Shown: piece by piece, positions 25,001 through 36,484 of the stretch
Numbering within the stretch: the stretch's first letter is position 1
How the letters are laid out: each line of letters begins with the position of its first letter
DNA from: Stylophora pistillata
Lineage: Eukaryota
Direction: 5' to 3'
NCBI RefSeq assembly: GCF_002571385.2
Contig: NW_019218344.1
Location: 111,471 to 175,470, forward strand
Length of the DNA: 64,000 nt
Made by a program: the position numbers and the translations under genes
The notes under the pieces: model-generated
What the model saw: only the letters and a program-made list of their open reading frames with translations
Databases searched by the model: none
What the model was told of the DNA's origin: nothing

Positions 25001-28000
25001 AGATATTTTTTTCCTCTTGGCACATGGGTCGAACGGTTGGCGATGGATAGAAGCAATTTTTCTTAAACTTCTGACGGACACGAGCACAACCTTTTCGACC
25101 AATCGTCTGACAAAAGAACTTTAAAAACAAACCAAAATAGAACGATTTTCGTCGTCTGTTGTCTCTATGTGATATTTTCTTTTATTTTTAAAGTAGCTGT
25201 CATTTTTTTTTAGAATTATTTTCTTGTTTTGTTTTGTGTGAGTGTGTGTGTGTGTGTGTTTTTTTTTAATAGCAGTTGATGGGATCAGGTTATTTTGGAC
25301 AGAACTTGGTTTTTTTTTAATGCTTCATTTGATTTACAGGTAAAAAACGATGGTATTCCATATGGCGATAGTTTTAGTGTTCACTGCAGATATTGTTTGA
25401 CCAAGGCTTCATCTATGGCCAGCAGATTAAGGTACAATTCCGAAACATTGCATTTCGTATCCTTGTTATATCGTAGGCAGCGGCGCTGGCGATATAAATC
25501 GAATCATGTGTTCTGACTGGCTACTCGATCGAGCGGGCTAGATAGGCCTATCTTGTCCGCTTTGATCCCGCCCAAGAAAAAGAGTGCGTGGTGCGGACTT
25601 ACAAAGATCGTCAGAAACGGCAGAAGGCAGTCAGAGCAAAGTGAACGTACGATATTCTTGTTGGTTTGTTGTTCCGCAAACACATTTGGCTTTCTTTCCT
25701 GGCTTTCGATCTTTGAAAATACTGTTTTGACCGTGCTTCTTCGGTCAAGTTGGATATTTTAGCTTCGTTCGTTCGTTCCCGTTTTTATGGACCTCGACCT
25801 CGTTTAAGCCATAAAAACGCGGAAAAAGAACCCGGTCAATATCCAGCATCTTCACCTCACGCTTTGTCATTAACGCATATTTAAAGAGGTAAATCGTTAT
25901 TTTCTTGTGAACACTTTAATGGATCCATTATAGTTTGACTCTATGCTGTATACACGCCGGCATATAAATACACCTCATTCGATGGTTTAACATATAATAC
26001 ACGAGGATATTTTGCGAGTTTTGTTTTTTCTTTCCAAACCCCGTACGGATGTGAATTTATTTTTTATTCCACTATTATTTCGTTTTCGATATACTTTCTA
26101 CGGCCTTGAATGAAAATCGCGTAAGGCGGTAGCAACACAAACGGAACCATTAAATGCGCTTAAAAGTTGCTCAAAAAGACAAGCCTAGAAAACGAATAAA
26201 ATCAAACTTTGGACCGTTCACAAAGGCTATTTTGTTGCCCCCCTCTCTGTCTTTTTTTTTTCCTGCTTTACCGGAATATGCATTGCCATGGCATGATTAA
26301 ATTGTGCATTCCCATGTCCTAATATGGTAAAATGGCGTTTTAGTGGATTAATGATAACTATTACTACATAGAATGTAAGGAATGTTGTGTGCTTATATGC
26401 ATGACTTATTTGTGAACTTTGCCCGCTATCCACTATATTTATAATGTGACGCATAATGAGATCGACTGATAGGTGGCGTCATGTCACCAACACGCCGGTT
26501 TCTATACGTATTGTAATTTCGTTCTGGTTAGCAGCTATTCAAGCGTGGACTTGTTTTAATAGTAGTGTTATTATTTTATATGTTACCTACTGCTCTGGCT
26601 TAAGGAAAAGCACAGAAAACACAAAGTAAATCTGACTTATGAGTGAAATTTGCTCAACTGCGTGACGTAGAATGATCGGCCGGAATGTGGCGGTACGGCC
26701 TCATTTTACCACATACATGTCACGTTCTCAAACGGTGCTCGGGAATGTATTCTGGTAGCAACTACTTCTAAAATTTTACGTGTGTCATTTATATTCGTTG
26801 TCTACTTTGGTAAACAAAGGGAAAAGCATTAGAGGCATGAAACAAAATAAAATTCTTAATGGTTCTCAAAAGTTTTGATGATTAAACTGGTCTTCTGTGA
26901 TTTGTATGAAATGATGCTACACTTGCCCACTGATATGACTCCATATTTCTTATCCTAGTTGTTTCAGTTTGTTGATGTTATATTTTTGAATTTACCACAG
27001 AATATCAGCCGAAGTCAACTATCAGAAGTCAGTATGGGGGTTTGTTAGAAGTAAGTATGCGTCAAATTTCTGTAATCGTTACAAATGTGCCGCCTTGTGT
27101 CTTGTGGTTGTATTTGAGTGAATTAGTTTAGGAAATATTGGACTTAGCCAGACTATTTTAGGTTACTTAGAAGCTAAACCATATGCTCCTCGTCCCGTGT
27201 GGGTCCAAAACCGTGCGGGAACAAGAACTACGACCGTTCGTTTTTTCGTGGACATGTCCCCTTCAAAACTCGCCCTTTTCATCGTCGGATGAAGGTGTTC
27301 GAACGCCTTTCGTCGGTGATGGCAGACTTAAAAAAAAACCTACAAAGCCGTTCTTCTCACTGAGGCAGTTGACATTTCCTCATCGTTATTATGACAGCTT
27401 TGCGTTACATTAGGAAAACCGTATTTACCTCGGCCGGTGTTACGCACGAGACTCGGTATTTGTGGTCAGCAGTTCGTTTTTGTTCCTTAAGTAACAGGCA
27501 ATATCTTCAAAAGTAAAACTGCCCGGTTTACTCTGTGTAAAGGATACAAAACGAAGTCATTGAAATATTGAAGTCCCGCCTTTTTTGTATACTTACTTAT
27601 TTGTAAATCATTTGTCTATTGCAGTTCCGTCTTTCTTTATGATTACTTATTTGGAGTACAGCCCCAGATCGATTTGATTACAATTTTAATGATCGTATTG
27701 TTGTCCGACAAGCACATTCAAATTTTGGAAATCTGAAAAACCTGATTGTAGAAGTGCATTTTTCAACTTTCTAAGGAAAAACAAAAAGCAAAGGGCTGTA
27801 AAGGAGATGCTGTCGAAATGGGAAACGGTCACAAATACCATCTATAGGAGGTGGAGTGTGGTAGAATCTCTTCGGCTTCAATCGCCATCTGTTCGATTTT
27901 CGCTATGAATTAATACATGGATTCTATTTGGGAGTCGAAATAATGTATAATTTATGACACCCAGCAAAACAGTCATTGCTTTGATTGTAGGGTACATAAA

Positions 28001-31000
28001 ATATTTGTTGTACGGGTTGCAGGCAGGGTTTTCATTGGTAGATGGTTATTTTCTTAGTGCGATTATGTCCGTGTTTTGTGACTGTGTGTCATACTTGTAA
28101 ATTGGTCCCTGTCTTTAGAAAAGATGCTTTTATATTCACCCTCGTGAATCAGGTGCAACAATCAGTCATTCTGATCAAAGGTTGTGGATCAAGGGTTTGG
28201 ATACATGTTATTTTCTCAGATAGTTTGAATGTGTGTTTTCAAATTCTCTGTAAATTTCGTTCCTTTCACCGGTTGGATTAGACAGGCAACATTTATTATG
28301 TAGCTCAGCTCAGATTTTGGAAATTTCCAAGGTCAAATTGTTCCGAAAGGGAGATATTCCCCACCTTTTTTTACCAGTACGTAGATCTATTAGTTTTGAT
28401 CGAAAAAAGACCAACTTTGAGCTAAAATTTTAGGGGTAAAAATATTTTAAATAGACTTTGTTTTCGGTAGATGTATAATAAAGACACTATATTTTTATTT
28501 GGAGTGAAAATCGTGTTGATGCCATAGGCACTTTAAAGCGGATGTATTTTGAATTTAAATTTGTAATGCAGTGTTGCCTATTTCAATGTTGGTTCTGGTA
28601 AGTTGGCAAAAAGAAATGTTAAGTATCTTGTGCCTAGGGTGTCTGGGATGATGATAAATTTGTACATTCGAAAAGGGAAATTAAAGGTTTTTTGTACCAG
28701 TTTCTATGTTGGAATTCGAGTGTTTTTCTTAAATCTTCTTTAAAGTTCTCTTTTATTTCGGCCTTTCATCATCCAAGCAGCTAACGGTTCGGTAGCTCGA
28801 CCGTTTGTCGAGTAATGTAAAGTCAATAAGGAAGTCATCTTAACTTACCAACGCGTGGACAATAATTGCGGGCTCAGAGCTCGTACACTGGTTCTCGTTT
28901 CCCCTCACATACAGGAAACACAGCGGTCAAACATCGGGCATGCGCAAGGGAATCGAGTCCGGCCGGCGACGCACCAATTTTCCGCGTAGAATTTCAAAAG
29001 AAAACATAAGAAACAGCCGCCGTCTCGCAAAAGAGGCGAAACAAAATTGAAACGTTCATAGAAATCTGTAAAAGGAAAAAAAGTAGGGAAAAGGGAACTT
29101 GAAACTTTTAGAACAAAAAGCTTAATTCAAGTACGGATATCCTGTTAATTTATCTTTCTGTTTTGAACTTTACCAAAGAAGTTCTACGTTTTTAAAACAC
29201 CGTAACTTGTCAGTGTAGTTGTCTGTAACTCGTGTGAGACAAGTTGGGTCGGACAGCGTGAAAGCACACCACCTAGTCAACGTACGCACCTACCGGTGTG
29301 TCCATAGAGAATCATATGTCTTTACCTGTTCCCCCGTTAGCTGCCGCTGTACTGAGACTGGCCTTAACTGGTTTTGCGTTTTGCTTCACAGATATGATAG
29401 AGAAGAATGCATTGGAAGGTCTTGAAGGCTACTTTAAATTTTTAGGTAAGTTGTTATCTTTTGTGGAATGAGTGGTCATGGCGTTTTATCTTCAAAGCTC
29501 ATTGAACAAGATGAATTAGTGAACGTAATTTCACTTAGCCCACGATAAGGTACGAGGTCTTGAGCAACGCGAGCCGGCGAGAGGTCTGCAAGCGGTCTGG
29601 AAATAATGACCCCCGGCAAACGTCTCCCTCCTCGTCTCCAATCTCCCCGCGGGCGCAGAAACGCGCGCCCTGCAGCATTAATAATCAGGGCTAACGCTCG
29701 AAACGTCAGCTTTTGTAATCGTTACGGTGGCCAATTTACCACTTCAACTTTGTTGATATATCCAAATTAATAACGAGGGTTTATTCGCAAGTTCAATTTC
29801 GCAAAGCTCATGGGAAAGAGGTTTAAAGCATTTTTTTGTACTTGGCTATTTTAAAAGTTCGATATTTCAACATCCAAGTTGGACTTTGGAGTGTAATCTG
29901 TTGGGAAGAGAAAAAGTTCGAGGAAGGGCCTCGGAGTAAGAATGATCACTGATTACAAACTTAACCTGTGATGTGATACCAGGTTCAGGAATCTCTCTCG
30001 GCTACAGTTGGGAAAGGGTGTAGAGGGGAGGGAGGGGAGGGGGATTATCACCACTCTTCCTCCCCTGGCCGGAACTTCTCTTTTCCTTGGCTTAGTTAAC
30101 TCGCACAGTTTACCTCACATGGTGTCGTTATATGGTTTTTGTGCAGTGGAGAGTCTGAGAAGAGAAACTACAGAAGGACAGTGGCCTAAGAAAAGGAAGA
30201 CATCGCCAACCAGGAGACATAAGAGGAACCGTAGTATTAAGAACAAGGAATCCATGGAGACAGCCACGGAGAAGACTGAGAGTAAGTTTCGCCGGAAGTA
30301 TAAGTGACTGAGTCAAGTTGCCGGAAGTGATTAAACTGGAAATACACCAGACCCGTGAATCTAGTCATATACAATATGAATCTTGTTTCAAAGTTAATGG
30401 CTGTCTGTTATCTACACTGACCAGTAGACTCAAACAGTTTAGTGACACGGTTGTTTTAAGTAACATGACTGAGTGAAATAAGTTAGGTTGTGAAAAGAAT
30501 GTCCCGTGAAGATGACGCCCAACTAATCTTGAGTTTATTTGTAATTTGTTATTTCTTACTGTTGCTGTTTTTAGAGGTACAATCAGGCTGGTTGCGGAGA
30601 TTGTGGCCGAAGACAGCAATATCTGGTTTGTTAGGATTACGGTGGGTGATTTGAAAAACTCATAATTTGTGTTTGTCTAATGTGCGATTAGCTATATGCT
30701 CAATTTTCGGCCTGCAATGCGGCTCATTGCGGTATAGACTCATTACTTGTGACAAGAGAAGATAATCCCAATACGCCTTACCTTGCTTTTTTTTATTTTA
30801 CACTGACCGATGGGAAACGATAAAATTTCTTCTTTTTTTCCCATAGGTCCTATGTGCCGGAAGTTGCGCTGAAAAACCCCCTTGCCTTGCTTGTAACAAT
30901 ACTGTAAGTTGCAGACGTCTTGTAAATTGCAATTTAAAAGTAAGGAAGAAAAACGAACAAAAATACAGATAAATAATAATGAAGCAGCCAAATGTTATGG

Positions 31001-34000
31001 CTTATAAAAGCCCTGAGGTTCTGGGAGAACGGTTTGTTGAACCATCCGGTTTGTTCTGGTCACGACACTTCTTTCAATAGCAATTCTTTAGAAGACAATT
31101 ATTTGACCGTTGCCGTTTCGACTGATCGACGTCTCGTATGCAAATATCTTACGATCTCGTGGCTCTGGGAATGAAAACAATGTAACTTTCATTGAGTGCT
31201 GTTTTGTAACGAAACAATGACCATCTTGTCAAGCAGCAACAATTTATAATGTGAGCGAGAGAAGGTATTCCGTTCATACGCGCCATTCTTAAGAGGGAGT
31301 TCGTGGAGGATGTCCAAAGATTGTATTGAAAGCGCTCGATCCATTGACGAAGTGTGGTGTTTTCGTAACAAGGCATTGTGAGTTCTTAGCAAGTTTATCT
31401 TGTTTATTTGATTGTACTCCCGAATAACGATATGCTTATTATTTAGAATTTGCAACACGAACGGCTGTTTGCGACCTGGAATTCAAATAAGTTCGCTGAT
31501 GTACGAAATTCAAAGAAATATGGTCTAGTCGACTATCAAACAAAGGAACTTTCAGATAGCACCTGTTTCCAAAAGTTCCGGTTTTTTTTTTGTACGTTAG
31601 GGCTGGTGTAGTAGTTAGTATTATTTTAATTCTCTTGTTTATTCCTTAGTCGTCCGTTACGTGGTATATTTTCAGTTTCATAGGCTTTAATCGGTCGCTA
31701 GATGAGATCAGTTCGAATCTCAGGCTTTTTAATTATGTGTTTCCTTCTCTCCTGCTTTGCACAAGTAGCTGATTATTTTTACTTCAATCCATGATAGTAA
31801 TTTATGTTACTTCGATCGCAAATTCTAGACCGTTAGCGTTGCATCATTGTAAAATTAAAAACGTTATTCCTTGTGTATGCGGTAGTTAAAGCATGCTTGG
31901 TTTACCTTTTCATCCACTTATTTTCTTTGTTCACCGAGCAGTTTTCACCGTAGATTGTTTGACAATTTCCGCTTTGGCCTTAATTTGAATTTCTTGAATA
32001 ACTAGCTCTACTTTCTACAGACAAAACATCTTGAAATCAGCAAAGTTTAACCACAGTTAATGCATTGTTTCGACAAGCCATAGCGAAACTCGCAGACGGG
32101 CCGTCACCGAAACGAATATGAGATAGTTGTTGGAAAAAGCTTTTTGAACAAGCTAATGTGAGCTTAGTAGTTTTTCGTCTTTAATTTGTCAAAGGTTAGT
32201 CCATCTTACAGATCTAGCGAGAAGTAAAATATCGGACAGGCCACGAACTTCTTGGAAAAAATTTAATTAGCTTTGAGAAAAATGGGCACTAGAAGCTAAT
32301 GTATCGTCCTTTGCCAAGTGTTTTGATGAACACGCCTTTCGGAGTTATGTACTTAGTTTTAAAAGTGACGTTGAAACCTACAGCGCTTTTGTTATAAACA
32401 TCTTGTTTTTATTTCGGCAATGCGCTTTAATTTCGAAGAACTAAAGTGCAGACTGCAGACATCTGACTCGGTGTAAACACGGAGCGGCGACCGTTATTCA
32501 TATCCACTTGAAGGACGAACGATATGCTGTAATGTGAGATGTTTTGTTGCTGAATAAAACAAATTACGTCCAGTTTCGAGATATTCACAAAATATACTTG
32601 TTTGGTTGGGTATAAATACACTAAAGAGATTCTAGTAAACGAAAAAGGAACGAAAATTTTTGTGGATAACGAGAATGGACATTCATGGATTCCAAATGAC
32701 GAGTTTGACAAATTTAGGATTAGCTTTTCAAGATTGACGTAGGTTCCTTAATCCTAGACTTAAAATAATTCAGACGGCTGTCATTAGATGTAACACCAGC
32801 GTATTATGTGTGATACCAGTTTGGATGTGGAAAGTGATCGAAGGGCTGTGCTGAAAGTCATTGCCACCGCAGCTGCTTACTTCACAGAACGAGTTCACTC
32901 ATCCTTTAGCAAATAACGTGTCAACCATGTAAGCCGTGTCGTTATTTTTACTACTTTTCGATGGTTTGAGTAGATTAACCTCAGCAGGAAAGACCCTCAG
33001 AACACTTGCTTGCCTCACTAAAAAAATCACCAAAATGACACGAGGAAGCTAAAGGATGATTAAGAAGATTGACACTGGTTGTAAATTTCAAAGTGGAACA
33101 ATTTCAGTTCACTGAATTAGACCGCAATGATATCGACAAACCACGACATAACTCTACGACACTATAATTTCGAAGCATGTCATAACCGATTTATTTAATA
33201 ATAATATGTTAGTTTAGTCGGGAGACGGTAGAAGTAAATCACTGATGCTTTTCCTTCACAGGCTTGGAGCGTTGCTTTTGTTGAACTTGGTTCTCGTGTA
33301 CAAACTGTTTTTACTTGAACGCGCAACTCAAACAGGAATTTACTGGGATGGTAGCATCAAGTGAGTTGATAAAAATTCATTGAAGAGCCCCGTTTTCCTG
33401 CAACAAACCCTACAGTTTTGGTTTTAAAGTACATCATCCTTCCTTCATTTTGAACTGTTTTGTCTGGATGGTAGTGGGCTGTGAACCACAATGTCTGCAT
33501 GCACTTTGACGCCGAGTGTACAAATTTCCTTGCAACTCGTTAATTTCATTATAAGCTTGGCCTGGTTAGAGTCGGAGTTTGCCAAGTGGCGCGAGTAAAG
33601 TTTGAGGTGCATGTTGGTAATATTCTTTAAACAGGGGTTTTTACCTTGATTTGATTTTAAGACGAGCGTAACTTCGCTTGTACGTCAATGAGTCTTTTGA
33701 AATCGCAGAATGATTTTTTAAATATGTATTGGGCTATTTGTTTTTGAGAATATCATGATATGATGATATTGTCACCATAGTACTGTTTACCTTTGTTAGG
33801 GATTTCCCAGCAGATGCTAAGGAGTGGGCAGAACTCCTCCAACAACAGAAACATATCCAACAGATAGAAATGAAAAGGTGAGTAAGTGCAGGGCTGGCTG
33901 TTAGTAGCCCAGTTCTGCTATCTCTTGGCCATCAGGTGAAAAGGTGAGTAAGTGCAGGGCTGGCTGTTAGTAGCCCAGTTCTGCTATCTCTTGGCCATCA

Positions 34001-34633
34001 GGGTGGCGTGCAGTGTTAGTTAAATTTGTTGCTAGTCGCGAATCTAACTGGGATTATTGTCAGTTATTTACCTACTATGGAATGTACTATTTTAGTTCTA
34101 ACTCACTAATAACTTTTAGTGAACGTGTTTTGTTCTTTCTTTACATTTGCACTCTTTCTTTGTCGCTCAGGTGGCGAGAAGTCCTTGCTTCATCAATTCA
34201 ACTCTTGAATCAGGTATATTGTTTCCTGTCCTGTCGGACGACAACGCCTAATGAAGAGAGAGAAAATTCGTAAAGTTTGGCAACATGTCCTGATGGAAAA
34301 ATCTTCCTAAATTGCCGAAGGGATGTGAATTTTTTTTTAATATTCGTCTATAACCAAGAGGCAGTTTGAACACTCGCGAACCAAAAGGTTAGGTAACTTA
34401 GGCAGAGAAGTTTTCACCACTCCTCTCCCTCCCCTCCCTCAGCCCTCCTGTCAGTCCTATGGGGTGGGTGGACCTGGATACTCAATTTTGACGAATTTGT
34501 CTTTAAATCAGCTTGTCCGAAAACTCAAATTATATTCAAGGCCTTTTTTTCTTCCCAGGTTCAACAGTCACTGGACACTCTAAAGGAGGAGCTGGACAGA
34601 GAGCATACTTCTACTTCTCCAGTACAAACGTGA
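13074..34633 (+). CDS. GRAMD1B: Aster/GRAMD1-family protein (GRAM domain, VASt sterol-binding domain, TM helix, C-terminal coiled coil); in-frame TAA at 21550-21552 in this assembly
   Basis: Exons ~13074-13231, 13346-13390, 15793-15919, 16011-16049, 16358-16439, 16909-17012, 17783-17878, 18624-18704, 19634-19858, 21463-21793, 22944-22996, 23455-23545, 24201-24316, 24686-24736, 25340-25431, 27001-27050, 29392-29445, 30147-30281, 30575-30641 (uncertain), 33262-33360, 33800-33877, 34171-34213, 34559-34633. GRAM motif: DYSCALQRDILVHGRLYISQNWLCFYANIFGWET...KEKTALVIPNAIQVCT. VASt motifs: SVDTLFEFLFTES, GIPYGDSF, VWGFVRNMIEKNALEGLEGYF. TM/C-terminus: LLLNLVLVYKLFLLE...EWAELLQQQ...WREVLASSIQLLNQ. Confidence 0.9.
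14482..14684. mobile_element. Dispersed ~200-bp TTAA-CCC...GGG-TTAA repeat family (piggyBac-like MITE ends)
   Basis: Related degenerate copies at ~3339-3440, 24772-24974, 39985-40129 plus 40869-40925, 41935-42090, 55843-55995 and 59626-59835. Confidence 0.55.
17127..17372. mobile_element. MITE with GCCCAGTTGTTCAAA termini; related ends at 56371-56519
   Basis: GCCCAGTTGTTCAAA ... TTTGAACAACTGGGTC inverted ends; similar ends CAGGCCCCAGTTGTTCGAAGG...CTTTGAACAACCGGAGCCTG at 56371-56519. Confidence 0.65.
18755..19572. mobile_element. Non-autonomous DNA transposon with TTAA-type target site (Kolobok-like)
   Basis: ttaa|GGTGGCTGAACA...TGTTCAGCCACC|ctaa; internal (GACTGGGTAACATT)n repeats at ~19277-19330. 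Confidence 0.7.
20289..20841. mobile_element. Tc1/mariner-pogo-type MITE
   Basis: TA|CAGTAAACACCCAAAAATAAGAACC...GGATCTTATTTTCGGGTGTTTACTG|TA: CAGT termini with TA TSD and internal AAGAACC repeats. Confidence 0.85.
21266..21448. mobile_element. Palindromic MITE (TAGACC...GGTCTA, ~72-bp TIRs), copy 1
   Basis: Long TIR TAGACCACTTTCATAAATGGCTGC...; a near-identical second copy lies at 40136-40318. Confidence 0.9.
22229..22780 (+). mobile_element. Penelope-like element insertion spanning an assembly gap
   Basis: Perfect 13-bp TSD TATGCTTGGATTT (22216-22228, 22781-22793). Order is inverted 5' terminal repeat, direct partial repeat, N-gap 22548-22565, then 3' repeat with hammerhead-like CCGACGA-AGGGCTAACGCTC-GAAACGTC. 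Confidence 0.8.
29687..29769 (+). mobile_element. 5'-truncated Penelope-like terminal repeat fragment
   Basis: AGGGCTAACGCTCGAAACGTCAGCTTTTGTAATCGTTACGGTGGCC... matches the 22640-22722 and 57076-57158 copies. Confidence 0.8.
33871..34002 (+). repeat. Perfect 66-bp tandem duplication spanning a GRAMD1 splice donor
   Basis: 33871-33936 is identical to 33937-34002; both contain AAG|GTGAGT. Confidence 0.92.
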
Positions 34634-36484
34634 AGAGTACGCGAATGGGCAGGATCATACCAAAGTCTGAGACAAAATGTTCGCTGTGAAAGAAGAATAG
34701 TCTGGTACAAGACACTGATGGGTGGGACCGTGCCGTGGAAGAGTTCCAAGAGTTCCAAGAGTTCCTAACTCAGCAAGTTCCACTGCTGAGTTAGGAAAAT
34801 CGTCTTCACTTAGCTGTTGATATTTTGGCAATCCCCAAAAGCAATTCTCTTTTCGGAAAGGAAATGATTCAAATTATTTGTTTTTTTTTAATGTTTCTTT
34901 AATATTTTCAGACTAAGACAGTTATTATTTTTTTCTTTGGTTTAACTGCTTTCTTTGCATCTTGAGTTCTTCTGTTGATCAGCTAAAACAGGCGACTTTC
35001 TCATTCCTCTAATCATCAAGACTGTAAATATAGTACTAGGAACTGTAATACATTCGCTAGGAAGGCAAACGAAGAAACCAGTTATATTGTGTGTGTAGCA
35101 TTCACTAACGGTGTGGTTCGAAATCAATTTTATTTACAATTCACAAGGCATTCAATTCTCTAATGGATTTTAACCTTAAAAATCAAAGAATTTTATTTTG
35201 TGCGCAAATTTGTACAAGATTGACGCCATAGACTACAATTCAACGTTATTCAAGGATAGATTTAGCCACTGACTTGAAGTAAAGGAGGCGTTCATTTAAG
35301 GCGGCTGGAAAGAATTTTTCGCAACGCCTACCGATTATATTCAAAGCGCTTAAAAAAGCAACTTATCCGCTTCACAGTTAAACACGGTGGGTATAGCCTG
35401 ACAATCACTGTTATCATCTTAGCGTTAAGGGGAAATCCTGTGAGACACTTTTGGGGGACTCGGGAAAACTGTTTGGAGCCACCTTAATTCAGTTTAAATT
35501 ATACAAGCTATTCAATTCAAAGAAAATCGTATTGTATTGATACAAGAAAATGCTTATGTAAGTTGTTGGCCAGAAATTGTACAGTTTGATTCCAGGAAGA
35601 GTTATTAGATGTACCTCTGAGGTCGTTAAATAAACATGCATTAAGTAAATAACTGTGAAATCATTTATATAAACGTACACTAAGTAAATAACTGTGAAAT
35701 GATTTATAGATAGAAACAATGAATAGGACGATATTCCACAAAATGACGGTTGAAAATTAAAACCACAAAATGTACAGAGAAAAATTTCCCCCCTCAGCCA
35801 AGAAAGCTACTACTGTTATAATCTTACAAAGTTTCATCTGGGTAGGACGGTAAAGTTCCAGCAGAGAAAATTTAAGGTTTTTAAAGATTCCTCAGAAAAA
35901 AAGTTATCGAACAATGTCTCATTCCTAGTTCCCTTGCATATTTGCTAGCGCACTGATCGTGAAAAAAAAGTCAAATTCTCTCCCGAGATAGTTCTAATTA
36001 CTAGTTCTCTAAGCTGGAACGTGGCCAGAAGGATTTCCTGAGAAAAGGGTTGATACTTCATTTCCTAAAGTGCTTTTCTTTGCCCGTAGCCTACACCATC
36101 GCTAAGTAGTGTGGAGATAAGTACTTCTTTTATGTGGGGCCATTTGAGGTGGGGCTAATTGCGAATTACTTCCGTCACGTGACATGCCCTTATTTGTATA
36201 CTGGTTCTCAGCCGAGCGCGATACTACGGTAGAGTGGAGGTCTTCGCTATGGAGGGAAGTGATACTGTACTCGGGGCTTTCTTGGTGAAATGCCTCTGGA
36301 AAATGTACAATTTTATTTAGAAACATAGTATATAGTTATCTTTGAATGCATTATGATGGTTTGGCCCTTCCGACATACTCGAATTTAGCCACGAAGGCGG
36401 CATTAGTACAAGGCTAAGAAAGTCAACAGACTATCTGAAGGACATTTTACATGAATTGTTCCGGTAACGGCAATCGCTTTCTTC

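Noticed and set aside
32820-32916. Possible alternative terminal GRAMD1 exon lacking the TM helix (…LDVESDRRAVLKVIATAAAYFTERVHSSFSK*)
   Set aside because: Phase-compatible, but the acceptor is weak and there is no homology support; it cannot be distinguished from chance.
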